Assembly (NCBI GenBank): GCA_963666565.1
Contig: OY762911.1
Coordinates: forward strand, 992,001 to 1,056,000
Source of the DNA: Thermoanaerobaculia bacterium
Lineage (GTDB): Bacteria; Acidobacteriota; Thermoanaerobaculia; Multivoradales; Multivoraceae
Length of the DNA: 64,000 nucleotides
Direction: 5' to 3'
Translations under genes and position numbers: made by a program
Notes under the pieces: generated by a model
What the model saw: the letters and a program-made list of their open reading frames with translations, nothing else
Told to the model about the DNA's origin: nothing
Database searches by the model: none
Shown: piece after piece, positions 55,739-64,000 of the stretch
Layout of the letters: each line of letters opens with the position of its first letter
Numbering within the stretch: the stretch's first letter is position 1

Positions 55739-57463
55739 TCAAGAACTACTTGTAAACAACTCAGCGTTGACAGGGCTGCGCCGGTACTCTGTTCTCGCGA
55801 CGTCTCCCGGCCTCAGGGTGCCAGACCACTCAAAGCACTTGCTGTTCTCTCGGATCTCGGGGTCAGACCAGCTCCACTGCTTTCCACTCCTGCTCTGTGT
55901 GATCATCTCGGCTACTCGCGCAGTGACCTCGGCCCGCTTCGCCTCCGAGACCCACCAAGGGTAGGGCATCCGTTCGAAATCCTTGCTCTGAATGTTCATC
56001 GTGTGGTTGATCGCGGTCTTCAGGACCTTTGCGGCTAAGTCGGACAGCAGCCAGCCCAACACGAAGAACAGCTCGGATCGCTCCACGCCGTCCCTGGGAA
56101 AGGCGCACGGAGCACCGCTGTCCAGAATGTAACCCGCTGGCAAGTACCTCGCGACGAATCTCGATCCCACTAGTTGCCAAGTGATCCCCTCTCTCTTGAA
56201 GTAGGGCAGACCCCCAACGCCCCGTAGGTACCAGTTTCCCGTTCGCTTGAACGTGAGAACTGCATCGCCTTCATCTGCCCAATAGATGCAATGTGTGGGT
56301 TCTGAGAACACCAACCGCCCATTCGCCTTGTTGTAGGGCAAGTAACGATCATCCGGCAAGTTAACGATCAGGGGCTCACGCCGCTCCACGACATGAAGCC
56401 GGCGCTGTCTAGCGCCGCAGGCTTCGGCACGACGCAGCTCCGCCTCCCGTCGAGGTGCGAGCCTTCCGAGCCGTGCCCGATCTCGCTCATACTGAACTGT
56501 GATCGGCTCATCAACGAACTCGAATCGATAGGGCTCCCTGATCCGGCGGTGCTCATCGATCTCGCGGACAAAGAAGACGTTCTTCCCGGTCGTCATGCCG
56601 CTTGATGCAACGAAGCGGTCGCCTAGGCAGGCTCCTCGAAAGAGCTTTTCCAAGTCGGGCGTAACCCCCCAGGAGAGGTTCCTGGTAGACCGAACGGCTC
56701 GGCCTGGAACTACAGTCGAGTTCCGACGAACACGGCCCCGGTGCTCTCCCTTCGTGAAATGAAGAACCAGCATGGGGTAAGCGGTTTCTGAAGAGAACGC
56801 GTCAAGGTCCGTGAGCAAAACGTCGCCCTCGCTCATCAACAGGTTACGGAGTCCGGTCATTGTCGGGATGGTGAGAAGAGTATTGCTACATACAAAGGCT
56901 AACTGGCCGCCCGGGCGCAGAAGGTCGACGCAGGCGACGATGAAGAAAGCGTACGTCTCCTTTTTGATCTTTCTGCCGAACCGCCTGCCAAGAGTGCGGT
57001 CAAGGGTATCTTCGAGGGAGGCGTCGAAGGTGCCCCCAAAAGGCGGGTTTCCCAGAACGAGGTCGAATGTTCCTGGAGAGAGCGAGAGAGGTTGGTAGGA
57101 GCCAGTGCTGATCGAGCCGCGAAGGTAGGAGCGGAAGAAGTCACCCTCATAGACGTTGACGTTCAACTCGGTTCGGTGGCTGGCGCGCCAGTCCGCAAGG
57201 CGGCCTCGGGCGGAGGATGCGAGCGAGGGGTCGAGCTCTAGACCGGAGAGCTGCAGGTCTGAAGGACTTGGCTCCGTTGGCGTAGTCGGAACAAGCCGGT
57301 CTGCGAGGGCGATGAGAAAGGAGCCGTCGCCACAGGACGGCTCAAGTACACTCCCACGAGCCGGCAGGTCCAACTGCTCAACAATCCGGCGCGCTAGTGG
57401 GAGCGGAGTCATGTACTGACCCCGCTGGCGCTTCCGGTTGCGCTCGTGCTTCCTCTGTCTCAT
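55739..57463 (-). CDS. Gamma-class amino (probably N6-adenine) DNA methyltransferase
   Basis: GQYMTP, VLEPSCGDGSFL (motif I), VLGNPPF (motif IV), LLRPGGQLAFV, C-terminal TRD. Confidence 0.9.
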   Translation of the reverse strand: MRQRKHERNRKRQRGQYMTPLPLARRIVEQLDLPARGSVLEPSCGDGSFLIALADRLVPTTPTEPSPSDLQLSGLELDPSLASSARGRLADWRASHRTELNVNVYEGDFFRSYLRGSISTGSYQPLSLSPGTFDLVLGNPPFGGTFDASLEDTLDRTLGRRFGRKIKKETYAFFIVACVDLLRPGGQLAFVCSNTLLTIPTMTGLRNLLMSEGDVLLTDLDAFSSETAYPMLVLHFTKGEHRGRVRRNSTVVPGRAVRSTRNLSWGVTPDLEKLFRGACLGDRFVASSGMTTGKNVFFVREIDEHRRIREPYRFEFVDEPITVQYERDRARLGRLAPRREAELRRAEACGARQRRLHVVERREPLIVNLPDDRYLPYNKANGRLVFSEPTHCIYWADEGDAVLTFKRTGNWYLRGVGGLPYFKREGITWQLVGSRFVARYLPAGYILDSGAPCAFPRDGVERSELFFVLGWLLSDLAAKVLKTAINHTMNIQSKDFERMPYPWWVSEAKRAEVTARVAEMITQSRSGKQWSWSDPEIRENSKCFEWSGTLRPGDVARTEYRRSPVNAELFTSSS

Positions 57464-58161
57464 GTCACGAAGGACATCGCCGACTGGTCTACGGTGAAGT
57501 CTGTGTTTCGGAACGATTGAAGTAGAGTCTTCTGACGGTGGAGACGAGTTCGGCGATTCGCGAATAGGTCTTCGAGCTTGCGCTCAAAGAGGTCGAAGAG
57601 GATCTCTGCCTTGGCCGGAAGCGAACGATCGGGCACGTCGTAGCCGGCTTCGTGCGCTTCGTAGAAGTCTCTTTCGCGGAGCATTATCTGGCCAGGGCCT
57701 GCGTCGTAGGTGATGAAGTCGATCCAGTCGAGGACGTCTATGAGGAACGTCTTGTGACTCAGAGGCGGAGTTAGACTGAACTTGATGATGAGGAGATAGT
57801 AAGAGTCGATCCTTCGGTTGAGGATGTAGTCGAGGAGCTTCTGCATAGATACAAGATTGGGTTGGCCGTTCATGTCCTGGAGGCCGGACTTTATGTTGAT
57901 CGGATTGAACATGCGTTCGGAGTGCACCCATACGTCTCCCATTGACCGCAGCTTTGGCGTCCCGTTGCGGTTGCCCTCAAAGCGGGTGTCAAGGTGGATC
58001 TTCAAGAGGGACGTTGTCCGATCATCGACGTAGTCAGCCATGCGGTGGCCAGGTTCCTTCCCGCTGGTCAGGTCGGTGAAGGCGCGGTCGTGGACGTGTG
58101 CAGACCAATGTTCGTTGGTCAGGTTTACGATACGGGTTTGGAGAGCAGTGGCGAGGGGCAT
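57460..58161 (-). CDS. Candidate PD-(D/E)xK type II restriction endonuclease
   Basis: RSMGDVWV...NPINIKSG...QPNLVS; ATGA coupling to the MTase; lower GC. Confidence 0.55.
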   Translation of the reverse strand: MPLATALQTRIVNLTNEHWSAHVHDRAFTDLTSGKEPGHRMADYVDDRTTSLLKIHLDTRFEGNRNGTPKLRSMGDVWVHSERMFNPINIKSGLQDMNGQPNLVSMQKLLDYILNRRIDSYYLLIIKFSLTPPLSHKTFLIDVLDWIDFITYDAGPGQIMLRERDFYEAHEAGYDVPDRSLPAKAEILFDLFERKLEDLFANRRTRLHRQKTLLQSFRNTDFTVDQSAMSFVT

Positions 58162-58325
58162 CAAACTGGTCCTAGAGCCGCCCCGGGGGGTTGGCGGGTT
58201 CGGTTGACGTGTCCGGTAGAGGCTAGGTGATTGGAGGGGGAGATGCGAGCGGGTCAGGCTCAGAAGCGGGTGGCGGAGAAGAAGTGGAGTTCCGAGACCC
58301 ATTTGGCACTTAGTAGCACCGGCCG

Positions 58326-60287
58326 TTAGGTCGGGAGTCGATTCGCTACTCCGTCAAGGATCTCGGCTAGCACATAGGCTTGGAAGGCAGACGCACTCGT
58401 GAAGCACCTGTATCCCGATGCGCTTGCGACCGCGAGGACTTCGGGAGGCTCTTCCAGCAGCAGCGCCACCGGCTGCGTCAGGCCCGCCTGGATGCCATCG
58501 GGCCACGCTAAGTCCAGAACGGCCCTCTGCTCGCCGGTGACGTCGTCCGACAACGACAAGTTCGTGTGGCCGCGGGGCAGACGTTGAGTCTCCATCCAGG
58601 AGTTGACCTCGTCGATCTCTTCTCTCTCGCTATCGGTCGCGATGCCACCGACTGCGGTTCTGGCCGAAGGGGCGGCCGGTATAGCGGACTCGACTGCGCC
58701 GCGCAGGAGCTCGTCGAAGCAGCGCTGAGCCTCCGCCGCTAGGAGTTGACGGCGTGCCTCCAGAAAGTCCATGTAGTTTTTCCTCTTCCACAATTCTGGA
58801 TCAGGGGGAACCCACTGCGAGGCGAGGGCACCGGGATGCTGTTCTTCGACGGCTGCGAAATACTCTTTCGGGAGACGGTTGGAGATCCAGAGGTTGGTGG
58901 CCTGAGTCTGAAAGCAGAAGTTCGCCAAGGCGTTCACCTGGGACCTCGTGTAGTCACGTTCGTAAAGGCGCGACTTGGGGAAGATGTGGTGCAACTCGAG
59001 CCGACTGCCAGCCGCCAGCAGGCCCTTGCGGATCGGTAGGCCGGTGCCCCAGTCTTTGGCTTGCCCCATTCTGGTGAGGATGTAGAGCACCGGATAGAAA
59101 CGAGCGCCGACGCTCCAGGCATCGAAGTGAGCCGGCACGAAGTTCAACTCGCCCTTCCACAAACGCAGTTCATCCAGCAATGCGTCGAGACTTCCACCTG
59201 ATGTCTCGAGAATCTCAAGGTCCCGGTCGATCACGGTCTCGGTGGAGCCTGAGAAGCGCCCCCACATTGCTGCGTGAGCGTACCAGTAGAGCAGCTTCCC
59301 TTGCTCGTCAGCAGTCAAACGGTTGGGCTTGCCGTCCAAGTACCGAACCATGACCGGCAGGGCGTATCGACCAAACAGAACCCGATCGTGGTCCAATCCC
59401 AAACGGGCCGCGATGAGGTCGAGTGCGACGTTGAGGCACCTTGTCGCGCGCTCCAGACCCTGTTCGACCTCCACCCGGGTTCGGTCGTGCAGGTATGTGA
59501 ACTTTGCCTCTCCGGTCACGAGTGTGTTGACAGAGCGGAGCAGCCAGTCGAGCTTGAAGTTGTAGCCGACATCCTCCCACGCCTTGAGGCGAGCGTTCAT
59601 GGTCTCGCGCGCGTGTGGCCAATCGGCGCTGATCTTGGCGAGTGCCAGGTCGCCCTTGGAGAGCTTCGTGCCCCCGCTGTTGACACGGTTGAAGATGTCC
59701 ACCACGACACCGATCGGGTCGTCTGTTCCGGTGACCTCCTGAGTGATCTCGTGGACGTGGAGGTCTACTTCACGGATTCCGAGAAGCCGAAGCAGCTTTC
59801 CCACAACGTCAACCGGTCCGGCTAGATCGGGATTCGCCGTCACTCTGCGGTAGATTTCGTCCACCCCGGCGGCACCCGACTTCATCAAGGTCGACACGTT
59901 CACCCACAGAGGGTCGTCCGCCATTTTTACCTTCTGGTAGAACTCGAACACCTCCTCGTCGAGGTTGAACCAGAGACCAGAGAAGCTCCACGAGTCTCCG
60001 TCGAAGAAGTCAGGGGCGCGCCCGCGCATGACGCCGTAGAGGGAAGTCATGCGTTGCTGACCGTCCATCAAGAGCTTCACCTGTCCGGGCGGAAGTTCTC
60101 CATCGCCACGGCTCTCGGCACCTTGGGAATCGGTAACCCAGACCAACAGCGAGCCAATCGGGAAGCGACGGTAGAGGGAGTGGAAGAGGCGCCGCACTTG
60201 TTCGCGGTTCCAGACATAGCCGCGCTGGAATCGCGGCAAGGCCATCTGGCCGGAGTCGATGTGATCGAGGATGGTCGCGATCTGCAT
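58326..60287 (-). CDS. GmrSD-like modification-dependent nuclease (DUF262 + HNH/DUF1524)
   Basis: LPRFQRGYVW, DGQQR, FNRVNSGGTKLS; ELHHIFP...LANF...N HNH motif. Confidence 0.88.
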   Translation of the reverse strand: MQIATILDHIDSGQMALPRFQRGYVWNREQVRRLFHSLYRRFPIGSLLVWVTDSQGAESRGDGELPPGQVKLLMDGQQRMTSLYGVMRGRAPDFFDGDSWSFSGLWFNLDEEVFEFYQKVKMADDPLWVNVSTLMKSGAAGVDEIYRRVTANPDLAGPVDVVGKLLRLLGIREVDLHVHEITQEVTGTDDPIGVVVDIFNRVNSGGTKLSKGDLALAKISADWPHARETMNARLKAWEDVGYNFKLDWLLRSVNTLVTGEAKFTYLHDRTRVEVEQGLERATRCLNVALDLIAARLGLDHDRVLFGRYALPVMVRYLDGKPNRLTADEQGKLLYWYAHAAMWGRFSGSTETVIDRDLEILETSGGSLDALLDELRLWKGELNFVPAHFDAWSVGARFYPVLYILTRMGQAKDWGTGLPIRKGLLAAGSRLELHHIFPKSRLYERDYTRSQVNALANFCFQTQATNLWISNRLPKEYFAAVEEQHPGALASQWVPPDPELWKRKNYMDFLEARRQLLAAEAQRCFDELLRGAVESAIPAAPSARTAVGGIATDSEREEIDEVNSWMETQRLPRGHTNLSLSDDVTGEQRAVLDLAWPDGIQAGLTQPVALLLEEPPEVLAVASASGYRCFTSASAFQAYVLAEILDGVANRLPT

Positions 60288-60699
60288 TTCGGTACGCTAG
60301 GCGAGATTGAGGGTCGGGTCAACTAGACCTGCAGGACCCCGTCGGCACCTCGGGTAGGGTCCCCACCAGCGGCCTGAGAGGCCAGGGGCGGGAGTGGTCG
60401 CCGGGCACACAGTCAGCGCTCCACGAGCGCATCCCAGATGAAGAACTAAGGCTGTCCTGAGCTTGACCTGCGTTCCGGTGGCGGAGGGTGGTTCTGGGGC
60501 TGGGCGCGGCCCGGACTACTGGCCCGCGAGTTTGAGCCGCGAGCCCAGTCGGTCCGTAGGTGCGTGGTCCAGGCGGACCGCGACGATGGCCGCCGCGATG
60601 ACGGGATGACTACCGCCTAGCGTGAAACCCGGAGTCTGCGCCGTGAGAATCGGCGACCGTGCGGGGCCGCCGAGGATGTGACGGTCCCGAATGCTCCGC

Positions 60700-60866
60700 G
60701 CTCAGAGTTGGCCTGTATCCGCAGCCAGTGTTCCGCGTCGGACCAGCCGAGCGCCTCGAGCCGCAGCATGATGGCTGCGGTGGCGCCGGCGCGTCCGTGG
60801 AGGATGCGCGACAGGAATGCGCGGGTGAGGCCGAGCCGCTCGGCGGCGTACGTGATGGTCCAGCCC
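60700..60866 (-). pseudogene. 5'-truncated HigA-like XRE-HTH antitoxin remnant
   Basis: GWTITYAAERLGLTRAFLSRILHGRAG...LRLEALGWSDAEHWLRIQAN; no start codon of its own. Confidence 0.7.
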
Positions 60867-61071
60867 CGGTCAGCGCCCTCGAAACTTCGCCTTGCGACCC
60901 TCCACGAACGAAGCGATCCCCTTCCCCGAGATCCGCCGAGTTCGCCGTCCTTACGCGCATGGCAGGGATCTCCCGGTGCGCGGCCTGCTCGCGCTCTTCG
61001 AGATAGACCTGCGCCGCGCGCTTGATCTCCCGAACCGCGAGCGGGGCGCACTCGCAGACTTCCTCCGCGAG
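60864..61071 (-). pseudogene. Degenerate duplicate of the enoyl-CoA hydratase 3' end
   Basis: Colinear with 62064-62270 (CECAPLAVREIKRAAQVYL...), with indels. Confidence 0.88.
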
Positions 61072-61204
61072 ACTGAGGCGCAGGCGCTGGCGGACGGACT
61101 GAGCGGGGAGCAGCTTGCCGCCACCCGGTCCGAACCGGCGCCGGAACTCGAAGCCGCGCGCGCCGAGTGCGCGGCGGCACGGCCCGACGCGGGCTCGAAC
61201 TGGT

Positions 61205-61651
61205 TCACGCCTGGTGCGAGGTCGCTTCGGTCGGGTCCATGAGGTCGATACCCGGAAACCGCGTGAAGTCCCGGTCGGTGGTGGCGATCGAGACGCCGTG
61301 CTCGAGCGCCAGTGCCGCGAGGTGCGCGTCCATCACCATCGGGCCCCTGGCCTGACCGCTGCCGCAGACTTCGCTCAGGATCTTCCAGGTCCGCGGCCCC
61401 GGTTGCAGCAGCCTGGCGTTCGGCAGGGCCAGCCACTCTTCAATCAGGGAGCAGGCTTCGGCCGGTGTCAGAGGACGGGAGAAGACGCGGCGATCCGAGG
61501 CGATGCGGACGAAGGCGAGCAAGGTGACGAGCGCGAAGCTGACGGACCGGCCGGACGAAAGTTCGGCCTGAAGCCATCGGGCCGACGCCTCCTGGAACGG
61601 ACTCTCGGAGTCGTAGGCGTAGAGCAGCACATTGGCGTCGATGAGTGTCAC
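61205..61651 (-). CDS. vapC: PIN-domain toxin (VapC family)
   Basis: LIDANVLLYA, FVRIAS, DAHLAALALEHG, TTDRDFTRFPG. Confidence 0.93.
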   Translation of the reverse strand: MTLIDANVLLYAYDSESPFQEASARWLQAELSSGRSVSFALVTLLAFVRIASDRRVFSRPLTPAEACSLIEEWLALPNARLLQPGPRTWKILSEVCGSGQARGPMVMDAHLAALALEHGVSIATTDRDFTRFPGIDLMDPTEATSHQA

Positions 61652-61893
61652 CGGCGGGTCGGACCGTCCAGAACGTCGAGCAGACCGCCGATGTCGTCCA
61701 GGTCGAAGCCCGGCCGGAGCCCCATGCGACGTGCCTCTACCGTGAAGGGGGTAGCGAGCTCTTCCTCGCCGGGCGACTCGAAACCCCTCCGGAGGGTGAC
61801 GTTGACGATCTGCTTCATCGGGGCGCCGGTGCGCTGCATCTCGTCGCGCACCTTGGTTGCGACATCGTCTTCGAGCGTCAGAGTCGTTCTCAT
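61648..61893 (-). CDS. vapB: Antitoxin (VapB-like)
   Basis: MRTTLTLEDDV...KQIVNVTLRRG; GTGA overlap with vapC. Confidence 0.88.
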   Translation of the reverse strand: MRTTLTLEDDVATKVRDEMQRTGAPMKQIVNVTLRRGFESPGEEELATPFTVEARRMGLRPGFDLDDIGGLLDVLDGPTRR

Positions 61894-61950
61894 GGTCGTG
61901 ATGCTAGGAAGGGGGACTCAAGATGTCAATACGATGCCATCTTGATGCCA
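61894..61950 (-). promoter_or_regulatory. vapBC promoter/operator, probably leaderless
   Basis: TTGACA (61929-61924)-17 nt-TAGCAT-7 nt-ATG; several CATC/GATG half sites. Confidence 0.7.
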
Positions 61951-62069
61951 GTTCGGTCCCGGCGTGGTGCTGGGACTCCCTCGGCCTCGATGGCGCTCGC
62001 GACGGTCGAACGGAGCGGGGTCGTACCGCATCTGGAGGATCTGCCGGGCGTGCTTCGTCGTTTCCCCGG

Positions 62070-62870
62070 TCAGCGGCCCTGGAACGTCGCCTTGCGACGC
62101 TCGACGAACGAAGCGATCCCCTCCGCGAAGTCCGCCGAGTTCGCCGTCCTTGCGCGCATGGCCGGGATCTCCCGGTACGCGGCCTGCTCGCCCTCGTCGA
62201 GATAGACCTGCGCTGCCCGCTTGATCTCCCGAACGGCGAGCGGGGCGCACTCGCAGATCTCGTCCGCAAGCTCCAGGGCACGGTCGATCTGGTCGCCGGC
62301 GGGCACGACCTCCTGCACGAAGCCGAGAGCGAGGGCGCGCTGGGCGTCGAACTCGTCGGCTCGCAGCAGGTGGTACATGGCGTTTCCCCAGCCGGCTCGC
62401 TGCACGTAGCGGACGTGGGCGCCGCCGAACACCGCGAGGCCGCGCCGGGGTTCCAGTTGCGCGAAACGCGCGTCGTCGGCCGCTACCACGATGTCGGCGG
62501 CCAGCGCCATCTCGATGCCGATCGTGTAGCAGATTCCCTGGACGGCCATCACCAGCGGCTTGCGGCATCGCCGGCGGAGCGCGAAGGGGTCGGGGCGTTC
62601 GTCCGGCGGTTCGTCGGCGTCGGCGTCGCGGCCGCGGGCCATCGAACCGGCGAACTTCGGCAGGTCGAGGCCGGCCGTCGTGTTCTTCCCCTGGAAGGTG
62701 AGGACGCCGACCCAGGCGTCTTCCGTCTCCTCGAGTTCGGCCAGCGCGTCGGCCAGTTGCGTGAACATCTCCGGCGTGAAGCTGTTGAGCTTCTTCTCGC
62801 GGTCCACGTGGATTCGCAGGATGTGGCCGGCGAGGGTCGTCGTGATGGGCGCGGCCTTGGTCTCAGTCAT
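62070..62870 (-). CDS. Enoyl-CoA hydratase/crotonase family
   Basis: KKLNSF, TTAGLDL, KPLVMAVQG, GIEMALAADIVVA, EGIASFVERR. Confidence 0.93.
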   Translation of the reverse strand: MTETKAAPITTTLAGHILRIHVDREKKLNSFTPEMFTQLADALAELEETEDAWVGVLTFQGKNTTAGLDLPKFAGSMARGRDADADEPPDERPDPFALRRRCRKPLVMAVQGICYTIGIEMALAADIVVAADDARFAQLEPRRGLAVFGGAHVRYVQRAGWGNAMYHLLRADEFDAQRALALGFVQEVVPAGDQIDRALELADEICECAPLAVREIKRAAQVYLDEGEQAAYREIPAMRARTANSADFAEGIASFVERRKATFQGR

Positions 62871-62968
62871 GGTTTTTCTCCAGCGTTTCGGTCTCCGCGT
62901 GCGGCGGTGGCCTCGCCGGTACGCTCGGCTCGTCGCCCCTCTCCCCGACGCCTCGCCAGGCCGCCAGG

Positions 62969-64000
62969 TCAAGCTTCCGCGACATCGAACGCCGTGACAT
63001 TCCGCTCCTCCCTGCTGAACTCGACGCCGATCAGGTGGACCGGCATGCCGGCGGCGCGGTACTTCGCGGCGTAGTCGCGGTCCCGCAACTGCGCCAGGGC
63101 GGAACCCGGCGGCGCCAGTTCCACGACCTTGAACTCGAACAGGTACGCCTGCCCGCCGAACCGCACCGCCATGTCCACGCGGCCGCGGCTGCTGCTGTCC
63201 TCGGTCGTCACGTCCAGGCCCGCCGCCGCGAAGTGCGAATAGAAGACGCTCGCGTAGTAGCCCTCGTACCGCGCGATGTCGTTGCGGGTGTGCCACTCGT
63301 AGGGAATCCCCGCGAAGAACGCCCGGAACAGCGCTTCGATGCCGGCGAAGTCGTTCGCCGCCAGCAGTTTCCGCAGCCGCACGCCGGTCCCGAGGTGGCT
63401 CGTTCCGTTCGGGGCCAGCGCGTCGAGGAGACCGCGATTGAGACTCTGCCGGACCGCCCGGTTCGGGTAGCCGAGCCGGTAGTGCGGTTCGTCGCCCACC
63501 TTTTCTTGCGTCGCGATGGTCAGGTAGCCGGTCTGAAACAGGAGGGCCTCCACGGCCATGCTCTCCACGTCGAACTTCGAGAGCAGTTCGCTGGTGCCGA
63601 ACAGGCCGTCGAGCGACGGAACGACGACCCGGCGCCGCTTCAGCGTCTGGACCACGAAGTCGGGCGATCCGGTCTCGAACCAGTGCGCCCTGAACTCCCG
63701 CGTACGGAAGAACAGGAGGATGTCGAACGGGTTGTAGACCCGTTCCTCGCCGAGCCAGTTGTAGCCGTTGTACCAGTCGCGGATGCGATCCCGGTCGAGT
63801 CCGGGAAGTTCGGGGGCGAACACCTCGTCGAGATCCGCTTCGGTGTAGCCGCAAACGTTGGCGAAGCTCGGGTCGAGCGTGATGTCGGTCAGGTTGTTGA
63901 GATCCGAGAACAGGCTGACGCGGGTGAACTTGCTGACCCCGGTGAAGAAGCTGAACCGGACGTGCGCGTCGGCCGCCTTCAGCGTGCCGTAGAACCCGCG
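62969..64000 (-). CDS. AAA-ATPase-like protein with C-terminal PD-(D/E)XK nuclease domain, 5' end outside window
   Basis: FTGVSKF...LFSDLNNLTDIT, WYNGY, VYNPFDIL, LLFQTGYLTI, EGYYAS, GRVDM, LFEFK. Confidence 0.9.
   Translation of the reverse strand, partial: RGFYGTLKAADAHVRFSFFTGVSKFTRVSLFSDLNNLTDITLDPSFANVCGYTEADLDEVFAPELPGLDRDRIRDWYNGYNWLGEERVYNPFDILLFFRTREFRAHWFETGSPDFVVQTLKRRRVVVPSLDGLFGTSELLSKFDVESMAVEALLFQTGYLTIATQEKVGDEPHYRLGYPNRAVRQSLNRGLLDALAPNGTSHLGTGVRLRKLLAANDFAGIEALFRAFFAGIPYEWHTRNDIARYEGYYASVFYSHFAAAGLDVTTEDSSSRGRVDMAVRFGGQAYLFEFKVVELAPPGSALAQLRDRDYAAKYRAAGMPVHLIGVEFSREERNVTAFDVAEA

Noticed and set aside
55739-60287. Complete BREX or type I R-M system
   Set aside because: No PglZ, BrxC, HsdR or HsdS genes are recognisable.
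62871-63854. N-terminal extension of the 594-aa hydratase ORF
   Set aside because: Off-frame overlap with the AAA/PD-(D/E)XK gene; the crotonase domain starts at 62870.
1-64000. tRNA, rRNA, prophage or integron
   Set aside because: I recognised no such genes, integrase or attC-like arrays by eye; covariance-model searches were not run.

Overview
GC-rich bacterial DNA, probably Acidobacteriota (inferred from an Acidobacterial-type VWA protein and TonB receptors with carboxypeptidase-like N-termini). Positions 1-52.7 kb are dense catabolic and transport operons: PhyH dioxygenase, acyl-CoA dehydrogenase, cyclases, FGE, a TetR/PfkB/epimerase/aldolase sugar cluster, a PEP-utilising phosphotransferase, two TonB receptors, serine hydrolases, a yejABEF-like ABC transporter, guanine deaminase and a sulfatase/dehydratase/PhoD/aldolase locus. 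Positions 52.7-64 kb are accessory: duplicated gene ends, an intact ISL3 element with an 8-bp target duplication, a lower-GC defence block (MTase, candidate REase, GmrSD-like), vapBC and an AAA/PD-(D/E)XK gene. Two unusual patterns stand out. (1) About 20 REP/REPIN-like palindromes share the leader CTGGGTGC and sit at gene junctions. Many lie in open, apparently translated frames: inside signal-peptide n-regions, at C-termini, or as stop/start-overlapping bridge ORFs at three consecutive yej junctions. A second double-hairpin module is nested in REP loops. (2) TA-related cassettes, including a VapB-like antitoxin coupled to guanine deaminase instead of a toxin and present as two reciprocally deleted copies, are followed by duplicated 3' ends of the neighbouring gene. 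All calls come from reading the sequence; no database searches were run, and start codons are best estimates.
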